A stretch of DNA of 64,000 nucleotides from Barthelona sp. PCE. Its lineage: Eukaryota. Positions 30,209 to 40,427 of this stretch are shown piece after piece. A model generated the notes under the pieces. It was not told the origin of the DNA. It saw only the letters and a program-made list of their open reading frames with translations, and made no database searches. How positions within the stretch are numbered: the first letter of the stretch is position 1; each line of letters begins with the position of its first letter. Made by a program: the position numbers and the translations under genes. Location of the stretch: positions 1,426,001 to 1,490,000 of the forward strand of contig JAUFOR010000002.1 in the NCBI GenBank assembly GCA_040285745.1, given 5' to 3'.

Positions 30209-32161
30209 CTACTCTGAAGTAATAGTGACAAGATGCACATCGGCTCCATCACTGAAAACCATATGTTCACCGTCAACAGCGACGTATGGATGAATATTCG
30301 ACATTCCATATTTCAGACTAATTGTTTTTGGTGATTCCCAAGCAAGTATATCTTCAACAGAATTCCATCTTATGATGATGATTTCTTCTTTCTTAAACAC
30401 AAACAATGTGTCTTTGCACAAAAAAATGCTATCATATTGCGTGACGGAAACTGGTAAGGGATAACTGTTGACACCCCATTTTCCATCAATTTTCTCCATC
30501 TGAATTACATGGTCAGGAACAACAAAGACGATCTCAGCTTCAGAGCACATCCAAACAGATCTAGAACGTGATAGATTGCATAATTTCACGGAAACTTCAG
30601 AATTCAATTTCCCAACATGACAACCAGTTGCTAAGTCATAAATGTTAAATTCAAAGCTGAATTCCTGCGATTCAAACTCAACAAACATGTCTGTGACCAT
30701 CATGATACCGTATTCTTCTGAAACGAAAGAAAACAAAAAAGTTCCCTTTTTATGATGTATTACATCAACTTCTCTTGTTTTTAAATTATACCTCCTTACT
30801 TCAAAATAGACTTCGTAGAATAGCTCTTCTCCAACTACAGTAGCGCAATCAAACCTTATATCATCGACTGGAGGACAAATGTGCACTACAGAGAGATTAT
30901 CATCAAACATAACTAATGAGTTAGCATTGGAAGCAAAAAGATATTTTCCGCATTTGCTGATGCAAAACTCTGGGATCGTACCGCTCTTATACGTGGTCTG
31001 ACTATCATCGTATCTGATACCGGTTACATCCCACCCTTTATGATATAGCATGATGATATGATTGTTGGAGAAAACAGGGATATTATTCAATAAGCCAACT
31101 AGCTCACTGGACCCTAAAGGGTGATATCCCTCTAAAAACCCACTGTGTTCGTTATATACGTCAATCTCTTGTTCACGAAAGCAAAAAATAAATGAGTCAA
31201 CAGTTTTCATTTTGGGTGCAGCATCAATGAACTGTATGTGCTGCTTTGTGTGAAGCTTTCCGTTCTTAAATGCCACCCGATCGATGTTATTCCTAGTTCC
31301 TTCACTAAAAAAAGCAGAGGGAGTCATAGACGATTCAAAAAATTTCATATGCGCAGTATAGTTTCTATCCTTCTTTAAGAAGGACTTTGGACCTGTTTTG
31401 GCGATGGATATGACAGAATAATCTTCTTCAAAAATATCAGCCGTGGATATTAGTCGAAGTCTAAACAAAATTTCATCAGATCTAAGGTTATTATCACGAA
31501 AGTCCATAGATGCTATATACGGTGTATCCTCAAGTATGAAACCCTCTCGCATGACGTGAACATCAAAATTGGGGAGTCTGTACCAAATGTAGTACAATCT
31601 ATCACCATACATAGGAAGTACGAAATTCTTTCCACAGTTGCTCATCTCTCCCAACCAACTGTGGTGTACAGGATCCAGAGTGGGCACTCTTCCTTCTAAA
31701 GTTTCAGCGTCAAGATTCAACAAGGAAATTACATTCATTTCTTTATCTTTTTCCAGACCAACAACGACATATCCCTTTCTGACTGGGGTGAGGATAGTGG
31801 TGACTTCATCTGGGATTCTTATCCGTGATTCAATGAAGTTCGACTCAATAAAAGAACACTTAATAATATACTTTGAACCGTCTTCGCAAATGTAAGGTTT
31901 ACGGTAATAAAAGTTCCCATGTTCGTCATTGGAGAATCTATCTCTCAGACCTTCTCTTTCAAAAAATATGGGAGTCAGGTCCGTTTTATAGTCCTTCATT
32001 TTGACGGTCGGTGGGTTCGAAATATCTGTTATTTGCACATGCTTCCCGCTTAAATCAACGTAGTTGAGCATCCGATTATTGCCAAGATGTAACATATTAA
32101 TAGTATATGGTGTTTGGAATCTGCAATGAACTTTATCCGATTTGAATATTAATCCCGACAT
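30209..32161 (-). CDS. Hypothetical beta-strand-rich (possibly beta-propeller) protein
   Basis: 650-aa ORF of short hydrophobic strands (e.g. FNIYDLATG, ISKCGKYLFAS). No family recognised. Confidence 0.75.
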   Translation of the reverse strand: MSGLIFKSDKVHCRFQTPYTINMLHLGNNRMLNYVDLSGKHVQITDISNPPTVKMKDYKTDLTPIFFEREGLRDRFSNDEHGNFYYRKPYICEDGSKYIIKCSFIESNFIESRIRIPDEVTTILTPVRKGYVVVGLEKDKEMNVISLLNLDAETLEGRVPTLDPVHHSWLGEMSNCGKNFVLPMYGDRLYYIWYRLPNFDVHVMREGFILEDTPYIASMDFRDNNLRSDEILFRLRLISTADIFEEDYSVISIAKTGPKSFLKKDRNYTAHMKFFESSMTPSAFFSEGTRNNIDRVAFKNGKLHTKQHIQFIDAAPKMKTVDSFIFCFREQEIDVYNEHSGFLEGYHPLGSSELVGLLNNIPVFSNNHIIMLYHKGWDVTGIRYDDSQTTYKSGTIPEFCISKCGKYLFASNANSLVMFDDNLSVVHICPPVDDIRFDCATVVGEELFYEVYFEVRRYNLKTREVDVIHHKKGTFLFSFVSEEYGIMMVTDMFVEFESQEFSFEFNIYDLATGCHVGKLNSEVSVKLCNLSRSRSVWMCSEAEIVFVVPDHVIQMEKIDGKWGVNSYPLPVSVTQYDSIFLCKDTLFVFKKEEIIIIRWNSVEDILAWESPKTISLKYGMSNIHPYVAVDGEHMVFSDGADVHLVTITSE

Positions 32162-32355
32162 CTATGCACGTTAAAAACCCAAAATAAAGGGAAAAAAAGA
32201 TAGAAAAAAGGTAGAACAAGAATTTACATATTCTTCATACCAAACAGATAGTACTGTGGTAAATTGTAGTATATTGGGATTTGATGAGCAGTTAAAAGGC
32301 ATAAAGTTATGCTACTATTACTTCTTATGAATATAAAAGGAAAAAAAAATTCTAT

Positions 32356-33222
32356 TTACAATATCTTTTCCCGTGTGAGTTGAGGGAGTTCAATTTCAGT
32401 TTCAGAAGCTTCAGCTTTCCTCAAAGAGAACGTTACTTCACTCTTTGATTCTTTCATAACTTGAGAAATGCGTATACTAGCAACTAATATCGCAATGAGA
32501 GAAATGACACCAGTTGAAAGCAGTGCCCATGTCGGAATATCAGCGTCATGCAACGCATCCGATACATCACCTTCTTCAACAACCTTCTGTGCAGTTTGCC
32601 CAACATAAGTCTCCAAAAGAGCAGTTAACCATACCCCCACAAACGTTGTGATTGCGCAAGAAGAAAATGAAACACCATCCTTTAAAAGTGCAAGGATGAT
32701 TGTGAGTAGGTTCTGTGGGATCAAAAGAGAACAGCGCATTAAGAGTAGAAATATAAAACTTCTCTTATTACTCAAGACTCGATTAATTGCAATGAAAAAG
32801 AGATTATGCCTCAGTTTTTTGTTGAACTTCTCTGCCAGCCAGTATCTGGCTACGTAAAAGTTAAGCATCGTCCCTACATATACAACAGCTATACCAAACG
32901 GATAAACCAATGGTGGTGAATATGAGAGACCAATCAGAAATGACACTGGGAAGCTCGGAATACCAACCACCAACAGGAGAAGGCAGAATAGAGCAAATAT
33001 GATTGGTGATATAGTGGATAGTACATGCAGGAAACGCATTAGCGCTCTTGTGATTGGCGATGAGAGTTTCCTCACAACATATATGCCCAATATTGCAATG
33101 GCCGAGTACAGAATGAATTTTAGTATAAATCTTCGTCGTTTCGATAAAGCATGTGACCTTTTAAAAGTTTTCCTTGGACCAAAACACCTGAGATACTTTC
33201 TTCGTCTGAAACACTGAAACAT
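32356..33222 (-). CDS. DedA/TVP38/TMEM64 (VTT domain) membrane protein
   Basis: Multiple TM segments, GTMLNFYVARYWL and LLMRCSLLIPQNLLT. Confidence 0.8.
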   Translation of the reverse strand: MFQCFRRRKYLRCFGPRKTFKRSHALSKRRRFILKFILYSAIAILGIYVVRKLSSPITRALMRFLHVLSTISPIIFALFCLLLLVVGIPSFPVSFLIGLSYSPPLVYPFGIAVVYVGTMLNFYVARYWLAEKFNKKLRHNLFFIAINRVLSNKRSFIFLLLMRCSLLIPQNLLTIILALLKDGVSFSSCAITTFVGVWLTALLETYVGQTAQKVVEEGDVSDALHDADIPTWALLSTGVISLIAILVASIRISQVMKESKSEVTFSLRKAEASETEIELPQLTREKIL

Positions 33223-33305
33223 ATGATGCCTTCAGGCTAAAATCATGTGAATTAGAAAGAAAACGTGAAAGCGACCCTGTTTTTGCTTTTCTTCTTATAC
33301 AGCAT

Positions 33306-34289
33306 ATGGGTCGAGAATCTGAGCCTCTGCTGAAGTACAGCGGCTCCATTTCATACGAGTCTGTCCCATTGGACAGCTCAGTTATGAATGACGAGGGCGA
33401 ACTTGTCAGTGATCGTGTTCTATCCAAATCTACACGTAGAATGAAGGACCTTTACTTCAAATTGATGACAACGAGTTGGCCTGTGCTTTTCATTTATTAC
33501 GTATTCGTTGTTGTAGGTGTACACACATTATTTGCCTTTCTTTTTTATTTAGCTGGTGGTGACACCATCGGTAACACAGACCCGTCTTCTCCGCTACGGG
33601 AACATCCGTTTTTAACAGCATTTTTCTTTTCTATTCACTCTTTTTCCACAGTCGGTTATGGAGTCCTTTATCCTGAGACTGTTTACTGCAACGTCCTTGT
33701 TGCAATCGAGTTGATCTTTCAGTTTGTATTCTCTGCAATTCTTACAGGTATTTTTTTTTCAAAGTTTTCAAGACCCAGATCCAAAGTTGTATTTAGCGAT
33801 AATGCTGTGACACATTCTCGTCGAAACAATCAGGTTTTGAAGTTCAGAATGTGTAATTCTCGAAAATCACAAATTATGGAAGCTCAGGTTCGTGCCGTAT
33901 TGGCTTTAACAGAAGTTGACTATGATACAGGAGTCCTAACCAGGAAATCAATAAGGTTGGAGCTGGTGCAGAGTGAGACGCTCTTGTTTAATTTGATGTG
34001 GACGCTCCAACACGTTATCGACGAGACTAGCCCATTGTATCAACGAAGTGTTAATGATTTAGTAGGGAAGAATGCAGAGATTGTTGTCAGTTTTATTGGT
34101 GTAGATAGTGTATTTTTAGAAACTATTTATGCTCGGTATGTATACCCAATTGAAAATGTGAAATTTGGTTATAGTTTTGTGAATGTTTTTGATACTTTAA
34201 CAGATGGTAGACCTGTTTTTTGCTTTGATAGGTTTAATGACATACAAAAAGAACAGAATAGACCCGAGATTGATGAAGATTTTATTTAA
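33306..34289 (+). CDS. Inward-rectifier potassium channel (Kir/KirBac-like)
   Basis: Two TM helices around FFFSIHSFSTVGYG, then FSKFSRP...FSDNAV, LKFRMCN and WTLQHVIDETSPLY. Confidence 0.93.
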   Translation: MGRESEPLLKYSGSISYESVPLDSSVMNDEGELVSDRVLSKSTRRMKDLYFKLMTTSWPVLFIYYVFVVVGVHTLFAFLFYLAGGDTIGNTDPSSPLREHPFLTAFFFSIHSFSTVGYGVLYPETVYCNVLVAIELIFQFVFSAILTGIFFSKFSRPRSKVVFSDNAVTHSRRNNQVLKFRMCNSRKSQIMEAQVRAVLALTEVDYDTGVLTRKSIRLELVQSETLLFNLMWTLQHVIDETSPLYQRSVNDLVGKNAEIVVSFIGVDSVFLETIYARYVYPIENVKFGYSFVNVFDTLTDGRPVFCFDRFNDIQKEQNRPEIDEDFI

Positions 34290-34310
34290 ATTTTATTCTT
34301 TATCAAAATA

Positions 34311-37088
34311 TTAGTGCTGATTAATTCGATCTTCACAATAAATTAGTTGACATATGAGGTTCAAGAACTGATGTTTATCACCCAAAGCCTGTAAAATTTG
34401 TCCCATCACCTCGTCTTCAGTCTCTGGAGAATCAGTATCTGTTAAATCATGCACGAGACAATAAGAAGAGAGCATGGGATCGAGACCAATACTGTTCTCA
34501 ATGAAAACCCGGAGGGTCTCAACTCTGCTGCAAAGGCTGTCATGTTCTTTAGCCTTTGCCAACTGTAGTTGCTTACCCTTAAAAACAAATCGTCCGGTTT
34601 TACCCATTTCGTTCTTAAGATCAAACTCATTATCTTCGCCTTCTTCCTCTTCTTCTTCTTCATTGTCCTCATCGTCGTCATCATCCTCTGCTGTGATAAT
34701 GTCTTCCATCTGCAGAATAATCGTAGCAAGCTTGTTGGCCTCTTCTTCCGTAACCTCGATGCTAGGTCCTACAGATTCATCTTCCTCATCCTCCTCATCC
34801 TCATGAATGATGGTGGCTTGCATGTTTATAGTAACATGGAGAGGTTGGTTCTGCATTTCGGCGAGCTGGTCCTCTTCCTTTGTTTCCTCTTCATCTTCTA
34901 ACAGGGGAGCAGTGGATAGTTGTTCGGCCAAAAGACGGGCCTCAAGCGCACGACGCGCCTCATAACGCTCACGCTCTCTTGCTTCCTCAGCTTCTTGTAA
35001 GGCCAACATCTTCTGGCGCTGCAACTCGGCTTGTTCTGCAATACGCTTCTCCTCAGCAAGTCTTGCATCCTCCTCTTCCTTTTTACGCATCTGCTCTTCT
35101 CTCAACTTACGCTCCTGGCGCATCTTCACCAAACGAGCAGCTCTCTGTTGCGCAATGATCTCAAGACGTTCCTTTTCAGCAGCTTGCGCTGCGGCTTTTT
35201 CAGCCTGTACACGTTCAGCCTGTATGCGTTCAGCTTCGAGACGCTCCTGCTCCATTTGCTGATGCCTTATCCTCTCCTGCTCTCGTTGCGCTGCTTCCCT
35301 CTTGCGGCGCTCGGCCTCTCTTTGTTCGTCGAGCATACGCTGCTTCTGTTGCAGCTCCTGCATTCTCTTCTCGTGCTCCTCGCGCTTACGCTTCTCTTCA
35401 TCACGGCGTTTTTGCAGGATCTCTTCATTACGCCTAGCCTCATCCTCCTTTAGCTTCTGGATGCGAGAAAGAATCTCATTGGCCTTCTGATGTGCCTGTA
35501 ACTGCGGTCTGGGGTTGGCATCCACCTTTGCAGAATTATGAGGCACAATTCCCTGATCCCTTAGTGCATTAAGCCTGTTCTTCTCGGCAGCCTTCTTATT
35601 TTCTTCAAAGATGCGCTGTCTTTCCCTTCTTTCCTTCTCCTCAAGGATTTCCTTACGCTGCTTTTGCAAATCATTCTTACGTGCCTTGAGGCGATCAAGC
35701 TGTTCGTTTCCGCTCGGCCTGTCTCTGCTCGGTGGTCTCGGCTTCGGCTTCTCCTCTCGTTGGTTACCGTACATATTACGATAATGGCGTTGTTTGTTTT
35801 CCAGCGCCTTCTTCTTACGTTCAAGGTAGTCGTTGTACGCCCTATCTTCTGTTTTGCGGTTGGACGCTGCAGGCTTGTTGATGTTGTTCTGCAACAGCGC
35901 CTGCCTAACCTGCCTTTGCCTTTCAAGCTCCGCCTTATGCCTCTTCTCGCGGTCGTTCGCTACTCTGTCCAATATTGACTGGTGGTGCTTCTTGTGTGGT
36001 ATTGGAATCGCAGGACGCTTGACAGGTGCTCGTTCACGACGTTCACCACTGCTTGGCCTACGGACACGTCTTGGTTCATCCTTTTCAGGCTCCTCTACCT
36101 TTGCCTCCGGCTCCTTTGGATCAGTACGTGGCATACCAACATAGTCGTCAGGATTGCGCACAAGATTACGGCGTTTCCTATTCCGTGGGTCTATTATAGT
36201 CATGCCTTGCGGTAGCGGTGCTTGCATTTCGATTCCTGGCTTGTTGTGTATAATTGTATGTGAAAACTCAGCTGTAACCAGTGTCTTGGAGAGCATGTTA
36301 TGCACGTTCTGTTGCAGTCTGGGCATCTTCAGCAGTTGATTGATTGTGGGCCGTCTTTTTGGGTTTTTCTGAAGCATTGTATCAATAAGCTGAGACAGTT
36401 CACTACTGTAGTGGCTCGGGATACGGGGGTAGCGCCCTCTCAGAATCTTCAGAACAAGACCCCTCATGTTCTGGGCATCAAATGCATGTCGATGAGTAAC
36501 CATCTCATATAGAATACAGCCCAGGCTCCATATATCACTCTTCATGTTGTACGGCTTGTCCTCACAGATCTCCGGTGAGAGATAATACGGTGTACCGATT
36601 GCTGTAACGGCGCATTCCATTGTACTCTTCAAAACTCGTGCAATGCCGAAATCACCTAAAGAAAGAGTGTTATCCTTGTTGATGAAGATGTTCTGGGTCT
36701 TTAGATCACGATGCAAGATCTTACGATCGTGGACATGCTTAAGGGCCAAACATATTTGAGTAAACCACTTCCAAATTTGTCCCTCACTAAAGTGACGGCC
36801 TCTGCGCTTCTTGATGGCCTCGTAGAGATCACCATTCTCTGCAAAATCCATTACAATACAAAGACTTTTTTGGTGAATGAAACTTTCACGATACGTGACA
36901 ATGTAGGGATGATTCATCTGGCTCAGAACACGGATTTCATTTGACGCTTCTGCTTTTTCCTTGGAAGAAAGCTGTGAAACGTTGATCTGCTTAATGATGT
37001 ACTGCTTATTATCGACCCTCGATCGTACAAGGATAGCCTTACCAAAGCTTCCCTTTCCCACAACTCTTACGCGTGAATATTTGTCCAT
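34311..37088 (-). CDS. NIMA-related kinase (NEK1-like)
   Basis: GKGSFG, HRDLKTQNIF, DFG and GTPYYLSPE, a long coiled coil, and a NEK1-like C-terminal domain (RVETLRVFIENSIG). Confidence 0.93.
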   Translation of the reverse strand: MDKYSRVRVVGKGSFGKAILVRSRVDNKQYIIKQINVSQLSSKEKAEASNEIRVLSQMNHPYIVTYRESFIHQKSLCIVMDFAENGDLYEAIKKRRGRHFSEGQIWKWFTQICLALKHVHDRKILHRDLKTQNIFINKDNTLSLGDFGIARVLKSTMECAVTAIGTPYYLSPEICEDKPYNMKSDIWSLGCILYEMVTHRHAFDAQNMRGLVLKILRGRYPRIPSHYSSELSQLIDTMLQKNPKRRPTINQLLKMPRLQQNVHNMLSKTLVTAEFSHTIIHNKPGIEMQAPLPQGMTIIDPRNRKRRNLVRNPDDYVGMPRTDPKEPEAKVEEPEKDEPRRVRRPSSGERRERAPVKRPAIPIPHKKHHQSILDRVANDREKRHKAELERQRQVRQALLQNNINKPAASNRKTEDRAYNDYLERKKKALENKQRHYRNMYGNQREEKPKPRPPSRDRPSGNEQLDRLKARKNDLQKQRKEILEEKERRERQRIFEENKKAAEKNRLNALRDQGIVPHNSAKVDANPRPQLQAHQKANEILSRIQKLKEDEARRNEEILQKRRDEEKRKREEHEKRMQELQQKQRMLDEQREAERRKREAAQREQERIRHQQMEQERLEAERIQAERVQAEKAAAQAAEKERLEIIAQQRAARLVKMRQERKLREEQMRKKEEEDARLAEEKRIAEQAELQRQKMLALQEAEEARERERYEARRALEARLLAEQLSTAPLLEDEEETKEEDQLAEMQNQPLHVTINMQATIIHEDEEDEEDESVGPSIEVTEEEANKLATIILQMEDIITAEDDDDDEDNEEEEEEEGEDNEFDLKNEMGKTGRFVFKGKQLQLAKAKEHDSLCSRVETLRVFIENSIGLDPMLSSYCLVHDLTDTDSPETEDEVMGQILQALGDKHQFLNLICQLIYCEDRINQH

Positions 37089-37142
37089 AGAAAGATGAAT
37101 GTGGAGAAAAAGAATATTACAAATTATCCAACCGATTACTGT

Positions 37143-38093
37143 CTATTTATTTATCAAAGGCTCCGTTGTATCGACGAGTGTGAGCGACTCCAAACACCAT
37201 TTGTGAACGCGTCCTTTATCATCACCAAGCAATAAGAAAGAATCGTAAACTATATAACTGCGAATGTAAAACTCCTCTTCCACCTCAGGAAACGGGATCA
37301 CCTCATCCTCAGTCCACATAATCATGCGTCCTTCTGTATCTGCAAGGATAACTCTCATAACATCATCAATATATACAATACCAGCTATTATGGACATGTC
37401 ATGCTTGAAAGAATCGACCTTTTCGATGAGATTTCCATCGTAAAAATTAAAAAATAAACATTTGCGACAACCTGTTAATACTCCAAATAAGCCATCGCTG
37501 TCGAGAATATTTATATCTTCTACGGGGTATCCGCATGCAATGGTGGTTGCGATGGGAACATCATCTGAGTCCAGTTGTCTTTTTGAAATATCAATGAGTG
37601 CAATAGTACCATCTCCACTGCCTACCATGAGATATGTGTCTATTTTAACGCATGTGATGGTATCAAACGTGATATCGTAATAGTGGCGATGGATTTCAAG
37701 TGTCTCATGTGTAAGAAGAAATACGCTATTGTCTGTGAATACTCCAACATACTCTTCATTGCAAAAACACCCTTCAATGTTGCCTTCAAATGCTTCTTGA
37801 TTATTATCTGTTTCCAAGCTTTCCATCTCCATTGTTTCTGTGTCAATTTTCATTAAATAGTGGCCCCCCGCTATAAAGAAGAAGCGTTCCTCGTCTGTGC
37901 AGACATCAGAGCAATCAAAACCATTAGGAAGTTCGAAATTTTTAATGATGCGGTACTCTGGCAAATAAAGAATTGCAAAAGATTGTGCAAACGTAGCAAT
38001 ACCTACGAAGTCACCACACAATGCTAATTTTGCGGCTGGATCGTAACTGAAACTTGTGTCTTCCATTGAAAGGGATAGAAATTCAGATTCCAT
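37143..38093 (-). CDS. Acidic WD40-like beta-propeller protein
   Basis: LMVGSGDGTIALID, ILADTEGRMIMW and LLGDDKGRVHKW. Confidence 0.72.
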   Translation of the reverse strand: MESEFLSLSMEDTSFSYDPAAKLALCGDFVGIATFAQSFAILYLPEYRIIKNFELPNGFDCSDVCTDEERFFFIAGGHYLMKIDTETMEMESLETDNNQEAFEGNIEGCFCNEEYVGVFTDNSVFLLTHETLEIHRHYYDITFDTITCVKIDTYLMVGSGDGTIALIDISKRQLDSDDVPIATTIACGYPVEDINILDSDGLFGVLTGCRKCLFFNFYDGNLIEKVDSFKHDMSIIAGIVYIDDVMRVILADTEGRMIMWTEDEVIPFPEVEEEFYIRSYIVYDSFLLLGDDKGRVHKWCLESLTLVDTTEPLINK

Positions 38094-38351
38094 CTTTTTG
38101 GGGATTTATATGTATGTTTTTATCAGACTTAAGCGTATAAAAAGCCTTGTGCGTGGCGTGTAGCCGAGTAAATTGTATTAGGTTGATTTGATCTAAGAAC
38201 AGGCACACATTTTTTGGTAATGTTAAGCAATATTTATCCATTTAGCATTAAATAGACACAAAAATCGTCTAGAAACCACAAAATTATTACTTAATCAGAA
38301 AGTGAGTTTGTAAAATATTTTTCTTCTTGCTCTTACTGCATATCAGAATCT

Positions 38352-40013
38352 ATGGCAGAATATGTGGGCCGTGTTGTTGCAGCAGCGCAGGGTACTGGTG
38401 ATTTGAGTCTTCTATTGCAAAATTTAAAGATATTCGATGTTCGTGACGGCCATCTCAGCGAAGAGACCGATATTGCAATTCTTGACGGTGTTATAGTGGG
38501 TATCGGAGCTGGAATTTACACAGAAGCTGTCAAAAAGGTCAATTGTGTTGGTCTCATTGCTGTTCCCGGTTTCATTGATTCTCACGTTCATATTGAGAGT
38601 TCTCTACTTGCACCAGCGCACTTCTCATCGCTGGTCACCAAATACGGCACCACAACTTGCGTGTGTGATCCCCATGAGCTAGCAAATGTTGTTGGTGGTG
38701 ATGCGGTACGTTACGTCGTTGAATCAAATGAAGTGCTCCCCAACGACCTCAAATGCATGGTTCCTTCATGTGTACCAGCGACACACCTTGAAAGCAACGG
38801 GTCCGTGTTGGATGCAGAAGCAATCGCTGAGTTGGCCGATCTAGACGGTGTGCTTGGTCTTGCTGAGGTCATGAATGTGCCTGGGGTCCTGTACCAGGAC
38901 AGCGAGATGATGAAGAAGCTGGCTATTTTCAAGAACAGGCAAATCGATGGACACGCACCATCAGTATCAGGTGCAGGGCTCAACGCCTACATGGCAGCTG
39001 GTGTCAGAAATGACCACGAGTGCACCACTGCGGACGAGGCCCGTGAGAAGGTGAGGAAGGGAATGCACGTTTTTATTAGAGAAGGATCTGCCTGTAAGGA
39101 TCTTTATAATTTAATTGGAGCTGTTACTAATGAGTTGAGTGATTACTTTAGTTTTTGCACAGATGACAAGAACTGTGTCGATATTGAGGCAACCGGACAT
39201 ATTGATACAATCATTAGGAGAGCAATTTTGTCAGGTTTACCTTTACATCTCTGTTATAAACTTGCAACGCTCAGTGCTGCCCGTCATTTTGGATTCAGCG
39301 ATAGAGGGTTGATTGCCCCCGGTATGCGTGCAGATATCGTGCTTGTTAGTGATTTGCACATGGTTTCAGTTGAACAAGTTGTTATCAACGGTACGCTCCG
39401 GTCAGAAGCTAAGTTTCCTTTGATTGAACACAGCGTCACCAAGAGGGCTACGTGCGTTGTCCTCAGTGAACTGGACCCACTGATGCTTAAAGATGAACAG
39501 CGCACTGATTTTGTCATTGGAGTTCACCCAGGTTCAATTGTGACTGAGAAACTAACCTGCTGCAGTGCTGATGAAATCGACATGTGTGGCGTTATTCACC
39601 GCCACGGGCACAATGCCAATAGATGCATTGGTAGCGTTAAGGGATTTCAGCTAAAGAAAGGATGTGCGCTTGCTACAACAATTGCACATGATAGCCACAA
39701 CATTGTTTTTGTAGCAAGTGATGCAGAGAAAGCCGTGATTGCGATTGAAAGGCTGGTTGAGATAGGGGGCGGTATGTGCGTTGTTGAAGGTGATAAAGTA
39801 GTTGATTTTCCGCTGGAGATTGGTGGTCTGATGACTGGAAGCGATATGAAACACGCAATGGAATCCCTGGAGCTCGTACATAATACAGCAAAGAGTATTA
39901 GTGCATTGGAGGAGCCATTCATGACGCTAAGTTTTATAGCTCTTCCTGTAATTCCTTCTTTGAAAATCACAGATAAGGGTCTTGTAGACGTTGAGAAGTT
40001 TGATTTCGTGTGA
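38352..40013 (+). CDS. ade: Adenine deaminase, prokaryotic AdeC type
   Basis: PGFIDSHVHIESS, DPHELANV, GLAEVMN, IDGHAP, DHEC, IREGS, FCTDD, IAHDSHNI and PFMTLSFIALPVIPSLKITDKGLVDV. Confidence 0.95.
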   Translation: MAEYVGRVVAAAQGTGDLSLLLQNLKIFDVRDGHLSEETDIAILDGVIVGIGAGIYTEAVKKVNCVGLIAVPGFIDSHVHIESSLLAPAHFSSLVTKYGTTTCVCDPHELANVVGGDAVRYVVESNEVLPNDLKCMVPSCVPATHLESNGSVLDAEAIAELADLDGVLGLAEVMNVPGVLYQDSEMMKKLAIFKNRQIDGHAPSVSGAGLNAYMAAGVRNDHECTTADEAREKVRKGMHVFIREGSACKDLYNLIGAVTNELSDYFSFCTDDKNCVDIEATGHIDTIIRRAILSGLPLHLCYKLATLSAARHFGFSDRGLIAPGMRADIVLVSDLHMVSVEQVVINGTLRSEAKFPLIEHSVTKRATCVVLSELDPLMLKDEQRTDFVIGVHPGSIVTEKLTCCSADEIDMCGVIHRHGHNANRCIGSVKGFQLKKGCALATTIAHDSHNIVFVASDAEKAVIAIERLVEIGGGMCVVEGDKVVDFPLEIGGLMTGSDMKHAMESLELVHNTAKSISALEEPFMTLSFIALPVIPSLKITDKGLVDVEKFDFV

Positions 40014-40427
40014 TATATATATATATACAAGCATGTATTGATAATGTAAAGAAACATTTTTTTTGTGTGGGTTTTCGAAGCACGCTGCACATCGTGATCG
40101 ATTTCCAGGGGTAGTTAGGCCTGAATATTTGCGCGACGCATCCATAATCAATGAGCAATTTACATTATCTTATAAAGGTGTTTAACACCCTTTACACATA
40201 ATTTGGTTAGTGATGCCGCCTGCCTTACTTAGAACGACTCCTGGATTTCCAGGTGAACTCAAACTGTTTGAAGAGGAGAATCTCCTTACCCAAGGAAGTA
40301 TATACTGAAACCTTTTATTCATAATTTTTTTATAGTGAAACACACTTTGTGTTGTCTGGAAGTCATTTCCAGTGTTTTTGTAAATATCAAAAGTTGTTTC
40401 ATTGTTTTTCCGTCTCTTTTATGCGCT

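Noticed and set aside
40013-40027. (AT)n microsatellite after the AdeC stop
   Set aside because: A short simple repeat with no evidence of function.
40085-40300. U1/U4 snRNA-like words (GATCACGA, ATACTTCCTTGG, TTTGCGC...AATGAG)
   Set aside because: Their order, spacing and strand are inconsistent with a single snRNA.
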